Below are positions 12,870-33,345 of a stretch of 64,000 bases of DNA, in pieces (within the stretch, counting starts at the first letter, position 1; each line of letters begins with the position of its first letter). Under the pieces are notes generated by a model. That model had not been told where the DNA came from. It ran no database searches and saw only the letters and a list, made by a program, of their open reading frames with translations. The stretch comes from the human T2T-CHM13v2.0 reference genome, Homo sapiens, in NCBI RefSeq assembly GCF_009914755.1, contig NC_060930.1; one strand, given 5' to 3'. Made by a program: the position numbers and the translations under genes.

Positions 12870-14035
12870 GAGGCAGGCTCACTTCAGAAGAATCAGAGGC
12901 CCCTGAAACTGAGTGTATTCTGACTGAGCCCTTTGTGCTCTTCATCTTCATGAGTTGCCTTTTCCAGCCAGGTGAATCTCCTGTAGGATTCTCAGACTCC
13001 CTCTCTTTGGTGAGTTGTTTTTCACTTTATAGAGGATTTGTTTCAGTTACAAGTCTGTCTTTAATAAAGGACACTACATCCCTCCCTCCTGGGATGATAA
13101 AAGACTTTTTGTCCTTTCTGGAAAGTCCTTTCTGGGATGAGGACAAGGGCCCTTCTGGTTTGAGTGCTCTGGTTTCTACAGAATTTATATCCTATCTGTG
13201 AGGCAAGTCTTTTCTGGAGAATTTACTTTTGGTTCTTCCTGCATGCCTAATTTAATAGTGTGTTTAATCTGCACACCTGGGTTAAAAGTATTGTGAACAC
13301 TAATTTTGGTCTCATTTTGGTTTGGTTATGCGTGTCTGTAAATGATTTGGCCCTTTTCCTTTGCTGATTTCTGGAAATTCTCCAAGAGCAAAAATAAACA
13401 TTCCAAATGGCAGACACTAGTGGATGACTAATTAAAAGCCATGAGGGCAGTTGCCATGATCTAAAATACCAGTCCAGACGCCTGACATTCTCTGGTGGAT
13501 TTACAGGATTATCTTTGCTCTTGAGAGATTAATAAGAAATGGAATGGGATTCACAAACGCTAAGGCATGCCAGGTTTTCTGAGGCTCCAGCCAGCTATAT
13601 AATATGGCCCATTCTTATGCATATTTTTTAACTGATGGGCAAATTACGTGAAGGAAAATTCAGAGCTCAATGGTCATTAGTCAAACCCTCTAAAAAAGAA
13701 AAAAAAAACACACACAAACCCTCCAACTACAATGTTAACATATGGATCCTTCTAAGATCTCTACTTTGAATCTGCTAACTTTTCTGCTGGTGTTGAGATA
13801 ACACTCTCTTCTAATGGCATTCCAGCCAATTTTTTTTTTTTTATCTTAAAGGTCTTTCAAATTAATGGCTTTACAAATTACAACAGCTTCATGGCAGCCA
13901 ACAACCTAGACACCTTTTGTAAATGTAAATTTAGGTTTGTCTAACAACCACTTAAGGTGATAGAACAGTTAATTGAAGGATTAATAGTCTACAAGAAAAA
14001 GAACTAGGTAAATGCTTATAAAAGTTAGGTTCTCA

Positions 14036-14359
<324 letters not shown>

Positions 14360-17300
14360 TCATTAGCTCAGAGTAATAATATAAGGTTTCTCTGTCCAGC
14401 ATAAAAACTGCTTAAGTCTGACACAAGGCACCAGAAAAAGCCAAAAGAAAAAAAAAAAAAAAAAAAAACACATACACACACACACACAGCCAAAATGCTT
14501 GCCCATCCACGTTGATTATTCAAGTAAACCAGACCAGCAAACAAAAGATAAATTTGCTGCTAATTCAAGGCCACTTGGAGACTGTTCTTCTTATACAGTT
14601 CAGTTGGTCTTAGTTAAAATGCAAACACTGAAGAGTTACCCCCAAACTCTTTGAAACAGAAAAAAGGAAAAGGATGAAGAGATTTTAAAAAGCTAAACTG
14701 TTTACGAAAATTTTGTTCCACAGCTTTCACTGGATTAGTTATTGGAGCAAAATTTAGCCATGTGAACAGGTCCCATTTTGTCAGAAGCGTAAGTTGGATG
14801 CAACCATCTTTTATAAACTGGTGAGTTTGTATTACTCTCTCATGACTAAAATTTTAAAATGAAAGCTATAAGATTTGTGTGCGTGTGTAAGCATCTGGTG
14901 TATTTATGCATATATACATGTATTATATATGTTGTGTCTACATGGTAAAATCTGACATAATCAGCCAGAAATCCCTGAGGGAATTCTATTCAGATTAGCT
15001 TAGATAAATGAGCACTCATAGAAAATATATAGTAATTAACCCAAATGCCTTTTAGAAGTAAATCTTTAATAAATAAGCTAGTTTTTAAATTATTGGTAAC
15101 ATAAAAATAGAAATGTCTTCAAAATAGTCGGTATGCATTTTTGGCTGCATGCTGGTCTCTTAGATATTAAACTGTAAATTCAGCTTAAAAACAGAATAAT
15201 CTTTGTGTAACCCTTTGGTAAATAAGGCTAATTTAATATTGTTGGTTTCATAAAATCAGCTGTATCTCCTGTGTTATCAACAAAATACCCATATATTTAA
15301 ATTTCTTAGGTGAACACTTGATATTCAGAGGCTATAAAAATGGTTAACAGAGAAATAACTTGAAATGATGACAAGCTTTGTCTAATACCTCAGTTTTCAT
15401 AAGTAATCTAGGTAAACTGTTAAACATAAATACATCATGTAAATATAAAGAGGAAAAACATTTATACATGAACTTTTCATGTAATTTAAAATCTTTTAAA
15501 GTGTATTTATTTTTATTTTTTATTTAATGTGGCATCTTACTATGTAGCCAGGCTGTTCACAAACTCCTGGGCTCAAGCAATCCTCCTGCCTCAGCCTCCC
15601 AAATAGCTGGGATTACAGGTGTGTGCCACCACACCTGGCTAATTGGAAATCTAAAATTATGCTTAATTCAATTAAATGATAGATGTTCATTAAATGTCTG
15701 GGTCATTTCCAAATAAGATAAAAAACTGAAACAAATGACTGAACATAAATATTTTTGTTCCTGCTTCTTAAATTTTATAGAAAGATTAAATATATTTTGG
15801 CCCGTTAGTACACATTAAAAATTATGGGGAAACATGTTTCTAAAAATTATAAAATGGTTTTTTCTCTTTGAGAAAAAAAGAATAATTTTGTCTAATTTGG
15901 AGATTATTTAAAGGTAATTTCAAAAAGTAAATTTAGAAAGGAACTAGAAACAAGGTAGAAAGGAATCGGTAACTAGGGGAGAGAGATATGAAGAAAGTTA
16001 TAGGTATGAAGAGTATTTTTCGTAAGTAAGTTAAAAAGAATAATTTTGTATGAGAAAGAATCTTGGGCCAGGTGCAGTGGCTCTCGTCTGTAATCCCAGC
16101 ACTTTGGGAGGCCAAGGTGAGTGGATCGCTTCAGCTTGGAAGTTTGAAACCAGCCTGGGTGACATGGCGAAACCCCATCTGTATAAAAAAATTACAAAAA
16201 TTACCTGGGCATGGTGGTGCACACCTGTAGTCCCAGCCACTCAGGGAACTAAGGTGGGAGGATCACTTGAGCCCAGGAGGCAGAGGTTGCAGTGAGCCAA
16301 AATTGTGCCATTGTACTCCAGCTTAGGTGACAGAGTGAGACCCTGTCTCAAAAAAAAAAATAAAAATAAATAAAATCTAAAGATTTTATGTTTTACCAAG
16401 ATAAATTCCTATACTGTCTTTAATAGGTTTTTTTTATTACTTAAGAAAACTGAGCTTTGAAAGGATTGTTTTTACATCCATATAATTTTCTCTATTTCTT
16501 CTGAAGTCTTGATTACCACTGTGGTTAAACGCATGACTATTATTTCACTGTGCCATATGATCCTGTTTTGATCAAGTGCTTTATATCTTTTGGCATCTTT
16601 GATGGGCTTCCCCAATATCAAAATTCTAACTTAAGTCTTTTTAAGCTAGATTTAACTTTGGGATTTTCCAATTGGGCCCCAGAGAAGGTAAAAGAATGTT
16701 AGAGCTACTAAAATTAGGATTATTTAGAAAATGGTTTGGGAAACCTTGTCAAATAGTAAGTGAGGCAAGATCTTCTTTTAGTTACATGAATGGATAAGTT
16801 ATTGATAAGAATCTTCCAAAATTGTATAAAACTCTTAGAAATCTAATTTATCAGTCATAAATCTGGTTATTATGTCATAAGCCAGAACATAGCCAAATTT
16901 CCTTGTCAATTGCTGATTATAACCAATTTCCATCCAATTTTTAATCATGATTATTCTAAGTCTCTGTCATCAACAGTTTTGATTTTTTCTAAAGATATCT
17001 GCAATCAGATTCACAGAAAAGACTGTAACAAAACTCTTCAGTCTAGGTTACTAATAACTATAAGATCAAGACTAAATAAAATTTTTTCAGAACTCTAATG
17101 AAGAGACTTGAATTCATGAAACTGCTAATCAAGATCAAGCAGAAAAAAATTAATTACATAAGATTAAGTAACACTGATGATGGTAATGTTTTGGTTACAT
17201 TTTTTATTTTTTTTCCCCCAAGAGTCCCGCTCTGTCGATCAGGCTGGAGTGCAGTGGCGTGATCTGAGCTCACTGCAACCTCCACCTCCCAGGTCAAGTG

Positions 17301-17854
17301 ATTCTCCTGCTCAGCCTCCCAAGTAGCTGGGATTACAGGCACGTGCCACCACGCCTGGCTAATTTTTGTATTTTTATTAGAGACGGGGTTTCACCATGTT
17401 GGTCAGGCTGGTCTCAAACTCCTGACCTTGGGTGATCCACCTGCCTCAACCTCCCAAAGTGCTGGGATTACAGGTATGAGCCACTGCACCTGGACTTTCT
17501 TGTTACTTTTATGTAAAATATTATTGGTTCTTTCCTTAAATGTTTCATTTTCAAGTTTAAGGAAATTTTTTCTCTTTAGAGTTTGGTAAAATATACTTTT
17601 GTGAAGAAACATGGAAGAATTTTCTTTTCTTCCCTACTTGATTCCTCCAAAATTTAGAAACTACTTGGGAGTATTCTTATTTTTTTATGGCAACATGGTT
17701 ATGCACATAAGTTCAATAAAAATTTGCTCTTTTTTTTATAGAGTGCGATTGAAAATATTGGTTATATTACCAAGGCTCTGACTGGAACGTCGTATTTGAG
17801 AACATAGAATGCCCTTCAAGGGTTCCCAGCCTGATAGTTTCGTTTTGTTTTTGA

Positions 17855-17959
<105 letters not shown>

Positions 17960-18312
17960 TGAGTAGCTGGCATTACAGGCATGTGCCACCACGCCTGGCT
18001 AGTTTTTGTATTTTTAGTGGAGATGGGGTTTCACCATGTTGGTCAGGCTGGTCTCGAACTCCTGACCTCAGGTGATCCACCCACCTCGGCTCCCAAAGTG
18101 CTGGGATTACAGGCATGAGCCACTGTGCCCAGCCTCCAGCCTGATAGTTAATGAGTAAAAATTGTCACTTTCTAGCAGGCCCAAGAACTTTAAGGCTATA
18201 GGTAAAATGTAAAATCTTCCTTGATTTGGCTTAGCCTCAAAAGGTTTCTAAATCTGAAATTCCTATGTGATCAATGTAGAAAGAAAAAGTTACGTTTCTA
18301 AAGAAATGCTAC

Positions 18313-19203
<891 letters not shown>

Positions 19204-20107
19204 TGCTGCAACATACCTGTTGTTAGATTCTAGCTCTATGCATTGTTTTCAAGTTCTTATTTTCTACCTATAATCTAGACTAGATCCTAAACCTAAATTC
19301 TTCCTGATTCTTCCAATCTAACTTTCTTCCATGGAATTAAAAAAAAATTAATTATTAAAAATTCTTCCAGCTACTCTACCATTCTATTCTTAAAGCCCTA
19401 TGAGCTGAAACTAGATTAATTTTAAGAAACAAATGTCATGCCAGATTTATAGGCCACAAAAAAAGTTCAGCAAACCACCTGATGCCATAACCAAAGACAT
19501 TCAAACTACAAGCTGAGATGAGAAGTTGACGTTCTCACACTATAGACAGCTTTTCCATAAGATTCAGTATCATGAGACGCTTACCCTCTTACTGCCTGCC
19601 ATTTTCACTTGACAGGATAATGGTCATTTGATTTACACAACTGGTTGCCTTTTTAAGCCTGGTTTAATGGCTCAAAACCATTATGCAAACTGAGATTGTC
19701 ATTACTATGAATTTTACTTTGTATTTTCCCTTTTTAAACTGTGTATCTGTTATGTTACTTGTCAAATTTTTGCAGAAGTACAACTCCTAACATAATATGC
19801 TTCTAACCAGAAATGCTGGTCCAGCACTTTGAGATGATAGCAAGACTACAGGAACAGACAAATTGAACTTAATAATGGACTCCAGGTAGACTTAATCTGA
19901 CAACCACTCCCTCAAACCTCCCTTGTTGCTCAAATGTGGCTAAAAAGGTTTTGACACTTACTCCTACTTGCCAAAACTCCTTCTAATGCAGAACCAAACC
20001 AGTAACCTGGGACAGGTTCATCCTGGCACTGAGGGACATCAAAATCTAACTACAGAATGATTGATCACTGATGCTTTTAGAGAAAGAATTTGATCAAAAG
20101 GGAGAAA

Positions 20108-20857
20108 TGTGAAAGTTATCAGAATTAAAATGGAGTTACTTATGTTTAAAAAAAAAAAAAAACTCTGAAAAATAGAGCCAAGGTAGGCCATGAAGAGAAG
20201 GGTCATACATAAATACCTGATAACAAAAACTATTACAAAAGACTGCAAAAACCACGTTACACAAAAGCCATCACAACCACACAAAAAATACTTCTGTGAG
20301 GACATCTGCTCAACAACTGACTGTCCAACCTTGAACTGGCACACCCTTGTTATTGACCCTTGTAGCCAAGGATAATTTTTTTTTTATTTTTTATTTCTTT
20401 TCCTTTTGAGACAGGGTCTCTCCCTGTCTCCAGTCTGGAGTGCAATGCTGTGATCATATCTCACTGCAACCTCAAACTCCTGGGCTCAAGCAATCCTCCC
20501 ACCTTAGCCTCCCAAGTAGCTAGGAGTACAGGTACATGCCACCATGCCCCACTAATTTATTTTTATTTTTGTAGAGATGGGTTCTCACCACATTGTCCAG
20601 GGTGGTCTAGAACTCCTGGGCTCAAGTGATCCTTTTGCCTCAGCCTCCCAAAGTGCAGGGATTACAAGCATGAGCCACCACACTTGGCTAGGATAATTAT
20701 CTTAAAAGGATTTTATAATCCTCATTTTTTTCTTTAGAAACCTTTTTCTTCCTTTAATATGCACATAGTTTACTATCGCATGCATATTCTCATTGTAATG
20801 CCCTATTCCTGAATGAATATCATTTCCTTTTAGAGCACCTCTATTATTTAGGTTGAC
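20108..20857 (+). mobile_element. 3' LTR of the MER34-type provirus, with an Alu inserted at about 20376-20689
   Basis: tgtgaaagttatcagaatt...taggttgaca; degenerate 4-bp TSD actc/accc in the host L1 ORF1. Confidence 0.8.
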
Positions 20858-21324
20858 AACCCAAAGAAATTCACACCAAGATACCTCAAAATTAAATTTC
20901 TGAAAATGAAAGACAAAAAAAAAAAAAATTCATGGAAGCAGCTAGAGAAAAATGACACCTTACCTATATGGGAAAAGCAATTTGAATGACCGGATTTCTC
21001 CTCAGAAACCGTGGAGGCCAGAAGAAATTAGCACAATATTTTTCAGGTGCTGAAAGAAAAAGCCTATAGCCTGCAAAAATATTCTTTAGGAAGGAAGGGG
21101 AATCAAGACATTCGCAGATGAAGGAAAACTAAGGAACTTCGTCAGGAGCAGATCTACCCTAAAACATTGGTGAAAAAAATTTTGGGTTTTTTTTTTTTTT
21201 TTTTTTTGAGAGAGAGAGAGACAGTTTCACTCTGTTGCCCAGGCTGGAATGAAGTGGCATGATCTTCGGTCACTGCAACCTGTACCTCCTGGGTTCAAGT
21301 GATTCTTGTGCCTTAGCCTCCTGA

Positions 21325-21498
<174 letters not shown>

Positions 21499-22132
21499 TG
21501 AAAAAGAAGGAATGGAAATGATAAAAGAAGGAAACTTGGAACATCAGGAAGGATGAATGAACATTTAAGCAAAAATATGGGTAAATACACTAGACTCTCC
21601 TTCTCTAGAGTTTTCTAAATGATGCTTGATGGTTGAAGCAAAAATCATAACACTGTCTAATGTGGTTCTAAATGTATGTAAAGGAAATATTTAAGACAAT
21701 TTTACTTTAAGCGGAGAGGGTAACGTGATATAAAGGGACATACAGGGAGGTACGGCTTCTATGCTTTCCTCAATTGGTAAATGGTGACACCAATAGACTT
21801 TGACAAGTTTTATGTGTGTATATAAATATCCAAGACAGCCACTAAAAAGTTATGCAAAGAGATATACTCAAACACTGTCTAGGTAAATCAAAATTGGTTT
21901 TTAAAAATTGGTCAGGTAACTCACAAAGAAGCAGGCAAAAGAATAAAAAACAGGATAACTAGAAAATAATATAAAATGGCACACTTAAGCCCCAATATAT
22001 CATAATTATATTAAATGTAAATGGTATAAAACACCAATTAAAAGAGATTGAGGCCGGGTGCAGAGGCTCATGCCTGTAATGTTAGCACTTTGGGAGGCTG
22101 AGGTGGGCAGATCGCTTGAGGTCAGGAGTTCA

Positions 22133-22363
<231 letters not shown>

Positions 22364-22467
22364 TTAAAAAGCATGAACCAACTATATGATGTCTATAAGA
22401 AACTCACCTCAAATAACAATATAGGCAAGTTGAAAGTAAAAAGATAGATATATTATGCAAACATTAA

Positions 22468-22698
<231 letters not shown>

Positions 22699-22974
22699 TA
22701 AAGTACACTTCACAGCAGAGAAAACTACAAGAGACAACGAGCATTATATAATGATAAAAGGGTCAATGAATCAAGAAGACATAGCAATCCTAAATGTGTA
22801 TGCACTAAACAAAAGAGCTGCAAAACATGTGAAGGAAAAACTGACTGAACTGAGAAATGTAAACAAGTCTACAAATGTCATGGACTGAACTGTATCCCTC
22901 CCAAATTCATATGTTGAAGCCCTAACCTCCAATATGACTATACTTGGAGATGAGGTTTTTAGGAAGTAATTAAG

Positions 22975-23092
22975 TGTGGGGGGATCGGTCAGAGTGGTGG
23001 GAAAAACTATAGGGAAAGGACGCAAACCTTCTGAAAGGTCAGAAGGTTTTGCAGAGCCCCAGGGGAGACTAGCTGAAGACAGCTGTTCTATA
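22975..23092 (+). mobile_element. LTR22-type U3 fragment (118 bp), inverted relative to the rest of the HML-5 element
   Basis: Reverse-complement match (about 90% by eye) to 24892-25009. Confidence 0.85.
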
Positions 23093-24113
23093 TGAGCATT
23101 TTCATAAGCCAATTGCAACAATATCAGTGGCCTGGGCATGACTAATTTGTCTCTTAATTGCCTGGGTTAACCGACTGATAAATTCAACAAATGGCTCCTG
23201 AGGCCCTTGTCGAACATTTACAAAAGATCCCTGTTGAACTCTGCCTTCGGGAATTCGGTCCCAAGCCCTGCAGGTGCATAAGGACACTTGTACATATGCT
23301 TGGGGGACAATGTAATTGTTATTGTACATTGACATAGGGACCCCTCCCCTGGAGCATAGCAGCCTCGTTATGTTTTGCCCAGCCAATTGATTCTGGTTGG
23401 CTTGTTCTTCACACAACTCATCATATTCTGCCCTCCAGTGGAGGTATTGACTGGCCTCTAAAGTTGTTTTAGCTAGCACTGATAAGTCCCATGGGGTCAT
23501 ATGGAAGTTACCTGCTATGGCCTCAATTAATCCTTTCATACGTGGGCTAGCACTCCGTTTTCTCTAATGCTTTTTCTTGTTTCCTTGTAAGTGTTGAAAG
23601 TAATGGGTTCATGTACCTGATTGCCTTGTTGATCTTGCATCACCAGGCAGGCCAAGAGCTCCCCTTCTAATGCCACTTGCCTAAGACAGGGTGCCATAAC
23701 TGTAGTGTATCTCTTGTCTTTTTTCCAATTTATTGGGGGAGGGGGCTCAGGGAAAATCTCTGTGGCACCTTTACCCGGTAATGGCGGGGCTGAGGGACGA
23801 GGAGGAGGTGGTAAGGTAGATGATGGTTCTTCCTCCCTTTCCTTTTTAGGTTCTTCTGTGTAGAGCGGAGCCAAAGCAGCCCTAAGGCCCATAACGTTAA
23901 AGATGTTACTGGTACCCATTGCCCTTGCACATGATGTCGTTTAAGATTTCTTCCCACTTGTTCCCAGAGCTCTAGGTCTAGTGTGCCTTCTTCTGGGAAA
24001 ACAAGTTTGTATTAGGTCCCTTAACTGGGCCTCCGAGACCAAGGCTCTACTTTAAGCAGCTGTTTCAATACTTTTATATACTGTTGCTGTTGAGCTTATA
24101 ACTGTTGTCCCAT
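23093..24113 (-). pseudogene. gag: Degenerate HERV-K(HML-5) gag (MA to CA, truncated)
   Basis: Start MGQQL*AQQQQYIKVLKQLLK; PSAP-containing proline-rich segment; capsid major homology region VRQGPQEPFVEFISRL; ends at LLQLAYENA; stops and frameshifts present. Confidence 0.9.
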
Positions 24114-24232
24114 GATGAAACCCTAGCTTGAAAATCCCCTCAAACTTGGAAATCCCCAGCAGGCACCAATTACTTACTGCGCAGTCACTTCACTTTTGTT
24201 TTCAAGGGTTCTGTCGCGATCCATTGCAGCGT

Positions 24233-24250
24233 TCCTCACGTGGGGCACCA
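24233..24250 (-). other. Primer-binding site, tRNA-Met type (characteristic of HML-5)
   Basis: TGGTGCCCCACGTGAGGA matches 16/18 of TGGTGCCCCGTGTGAGGA; separated by 2 nt from the LTR-terminal CA. Confidence 0.75.
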
Positions 24251-24252
24251 CC

Positions 24253-25009
<757 letters not shown>

Positions 25010-25455
25010 CTTAAGGTTAAATGAAGTCATAAGGATAGGGTCCTTACCCGATAGGATTGGTGGCCTTATAGAAGAGAAAGAGTTTTCTCTCTCTTTCCCC
25101 TCACACACGTGCATATGCATTACAGAAAGGCCATGTGTTGACATAGAAGAAAGCAACCATCTGCAAGCCATGAAGAGGACCCTCACCAGCAACTGACCCT
25201 GCCAAACCTTCATCAGGGAGTTAGTTAGCAGCCTCCAGAATTGTGAGAAATACATTTCTGTTGTCAAAACCACCCAGTTCATGGTATTTTGTTACAGCAG
25301 CCTGAGCAGACTAATACAACAAACATAGTTGAAGATGTCAACACACCTCTCTCAGCAATCAATAGAACAACTAGACAGAAAATAAGTAAGGAGATAGAAA
25401 AATTCAACACCACCACCAACCAACAGGATCTCATTGACATTTATAGAACAATCTA

Positions 25456-25731
<276 letters not shown>

Positions 25732-26338
25732 CTACTCAGGAGGCTGAGGCAGGAGAATCGCTTGAACCTGGGAGGCAGAGTTGCAGTGAGCCGAGATTGT
25801 GCCACTGTACTCCAGCCTGGGCAACAGAGCAAGACTCCATCTCAAAAAAAAAAAAAAAAGAATTAAAATAATATACAGTGTGTTCTTCGACCACAGTAGG
25901 GTCAAAGTAGAAATCAATAGCAATTAAGATAGGAAATTCTCTAAACACTTGGAAATAACACACTTCTAAATAATCCGTGGGTCAAAGAGCCAATCTCACG
26001 GGAAATAAAAATATACATTAAAATGAATGAAAATAAAATATTTCAAAATTTGTAGGACAAGGCAAAGCAGCACTGAGAGGGACATTTATAGCACTAAATG
26101 CAAACATTAGAAAAGAGAAAAAGCCTCAAATCAATAATCTAAGCTCCTCTCCCAAGAATCTTGAAAAAGAAGTGCAAATAAAAATAAATTCAAAATAAGC
26201 AGAAGGAAGGAAAAATAAAGATAAAATCATAAATCAGTGAAATGGAAAACAGAAAACAATAGAAAAAAATCAATGAGCCGGGCGTGGTGGCTGCCACCTG
26301 CAATCCCAGCACTTTGGGAGGCTGAGGTGGGCGGATCA

Positions 26339-26617
<279 letters not shown>

Positions 26618-26665
26618 TTATTTTTTATTTTTTGAGACAGAGTCTTACTCTGTCACCCAGGCTGA

Positions 26666-26803
<138 letters not shown>

Positions 26804-26862
26804 TAGTAGAGACGGGCTTTCACCACATTGGTCAGGCTAGTCTTGAACTCCTGACCTCGTGA

Positions 26863-26952
<90 letters not shown>

Positions 26953-27358
26953 TAAAATTTAGAAACCTATAGCCAAACTGACCCAAAAAACGAGAGAAAA
27001 CATAGATGACCAATATCAAAATCAAATGGGCTATCACTATTGACCCTGCAAACATCAAAAGAATAATCAGAGAATACTATGCAGAGTTTGTCATATATAA
27101 ATGGGACAACTTAGACCAAATAGATCAACTCCTCGAAAAACACACTGTCACAACTCAACCAGTGTGAAACAGATCATTCAAGCCTTATAAGTGTTGAATC
27201 TATAATTCTATTTTTTATCTTATTTTATATTCTGAGACAGGTTCTCTGTCGCCCAGGCACTGCAGCCTCGACCTCCCAGGCTCAAGCTACCCTCCTATCT
27301 CAGCCTCCTGGATAGCTAGGACCACAGGCATGCACCACCATACCCGGCCAATTTTTAA

Positions 27359-27490
<132 letters not shown>

Positions 27491-27979
27491 TAATTAAAAA
27501 AAAAACAAATCTCTAAGTTGAGGTAATTTCACCAGAGAATTCTATCAAATGTTTAAAGAATTAAAACCAATTCCATGCAATCTGTTTTGGAAAACAGAAG
27601 GGAATGCTTCCTGATTCATTTATTCTATGAGGTTGACATAACCCTGATACCAAAACCAGACAAAGGAAATAGAAAAAAGAAAATTACAAACCAACACCCC
27701 TCAAGTATATAGGCACCAAAAAAATCCTTAACAAAATATTGGCAAATAGAATTTGTGTATGTGCATGTGTGTGTATGTGTGTAGGATTATACATCATGAC
27801 CAAGTAGAGTTTGTTCCAGGGCTGTGAGGCTGGTCACTATTTGAAGCTCAATCAATGTAATCCAACATATAGTCTAATAAACTAAAGAAGAATAAAAATA
27901 TATCAATTGAGGCAGAAAAAAGTTTGACAAAATTCAACACCTGTTTGATAAAAACTCTCAGAAAAATGGAAATAGAGGA

Positions 27980-28728
27980 TGAACAATAGCTCCCCAAATG
28001 TATCCACATCCTAATGAACGGAACCTGTGAATATGTTACCTTATATGAAATGGTACTTTGCAGATGTGATTAAATCAAAGATCTTGAGATGGAGGGTTTG
28101 CCCTGTCTGGAAGAGCCTGATGTAGTCACAAAGGCTACTAAAAGAGAGAAGTGATGATGACAGCAAAGGTTGTAGTGATGTGCTTTGAACATGGAGGAAA
28201 GGGCTACAAGCCAAGGAATAAGGTGTGCCCTAAATCCAATTGCAAGTATTCTTATAAGAGGCAGAGGGAGATTTGGTATACACAGAAAAGAACCATATGA
28301 TTTCCATGTAACCATGGAGGCAAAGATTGGCATAATGGGGCCACATGTCAAGGAATGTCAGCAGCTACCAGAAGCTGGAAGAGGCAAGAAACAGATTCTT
28401 CCCTAGAGCATCCAGTGGACATATGGTCCTGCCAACACCTTGATTTTAGCCTGATGAAGCTGATTTATGGACTCTAGAACTGTGAAATAATATATTACTG
28501 TTGTTTTAAGCTACCTAACTTGTGATGATTTGTTACACAAGCCAAAGGAAACAATTATGTCCATCCCTAGAGCCCCAAGAAGGAATTCAGCTCTGTATAT
28601 TAATTTTAGCCCATGAAACACATTTCAGACTTCTCACATCCAGAACTATAAAAGAATAAATTTGCATTATCTTAAAGCACTAAATTTGTGGTATATTGTT
28701 ATAATAGCAATACAATACTAATTCAGAC
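27980..28728 (+). mobile_element. MaLR LTR remnants (MLT1C/D-like, probably two nested copies)
   Basis: ggaacctgtgaatatgttacctta and ccagaagctggaagaggcaagaaacagattct motifs; two separate MLT 3'-end motifs. Confidence 0.65.
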
Positions 28729-29658
28729 AGGAACTTCCTCAACTTGATAAAGAGCATCTACAGAAAACCTGCAGCTAACATTATATTTAATGGTGAAAGA
28801 CTCAATGTTTTTCCTCCTAAGACTGGGAACAGGGAAAGGATGTCTACTCTCACCAGTCTTATTAAACAAAGTGCTGGAAGTTCTAGCCAGTGCAATAAGG
28901 CAGGAAAAAGAAATAAAAGATATTCATATCAGAAAGAAGGAAAATGGTCTCTATTTGCAGCTTATATGACCATCTACGCAGAAAATTCCAAAAAAAAACT
29001 ACAGAAAAACTAGAATAAATTAGTTAAGCAAGGTCATAGGATACATGATAAACATATAAAAAGCAATTGTATTTCTATACTAGCAATGAATATGTGGAAA
29101 TATGATTTAAAATAAAAAACCATTAAGGATAAATATGACATGATTACACTTATATGAGGTATCTAAAATAATCAAACTCATAAAAGCAGAGAGTAAGGTG
29201 GTGGTTGCCAGGGGCTGAGGGGAGAAGAAAATGGGGAATTATCCAATAGATGTAAAGTTTCAGTTATGCAAAATCAGTAAGTTCTAGAGATCCGCTGTAT
29301 AACAAAGTACCTACAGTTAATAATATGGTATTGTGCACTTTATGTTAAGAGGCTAAAACTTAAATGTTCTTAGCAAAAAGCAAAACAAAACAAAAAAACA
29401 CATGGAAGTTTTTGGAAATGATGGATATGTTTGGTACTTTGTGGTGAAAGTATCATGGGTCTATGCATATGTCCAAACTCATCAAGATGTATCCATTAAA
29501 TATGGGCATTATTTGTGTATCCATTTTACTTCATCAAAGCTTAATATTAAAAAATAAACACCATTTGCAATCACTCAAAAAATGAAATCCATATGTGTAA
29601 ATCTAACAACATACATACTAAACTTGTGTGTTAAAAACTATGCAATGCTGATAAAAGA

Positions 29659-30155
<497 letters not shown>

Positions 30156-30420
30156 TCAGGCCAAGGCAGGCAGATCACTTGCAGCCAGGACTTCAAGACC
30201 AGCCTGGCCAACATAGTGAAACCCCATCTCTACTAAAAATACAAAAACTAGTTGGGGGTGGTGGCAGGCACCTGTAATCCCAGCTACTCGGGAAGCTGAG
30301 GCACGAGAATCGCTTGAACCCAGGAGGTGAGGCGGAGATTGCAGTGAGCCGAGATCATGCCACTGCACTTCAGCCTGGGTGACAGAATGAGACTCCGTCT
30401 CAAAAAAAAAGAAAAAAAGA

Positions 30421-33345
<2,925 letters not shown>

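Noticed and set aside
23102-23919. Domesticated gag-derived gene
   Set aside because: Stop at codon 6, several frameshifts and truncation within capsid; no intact ORF.
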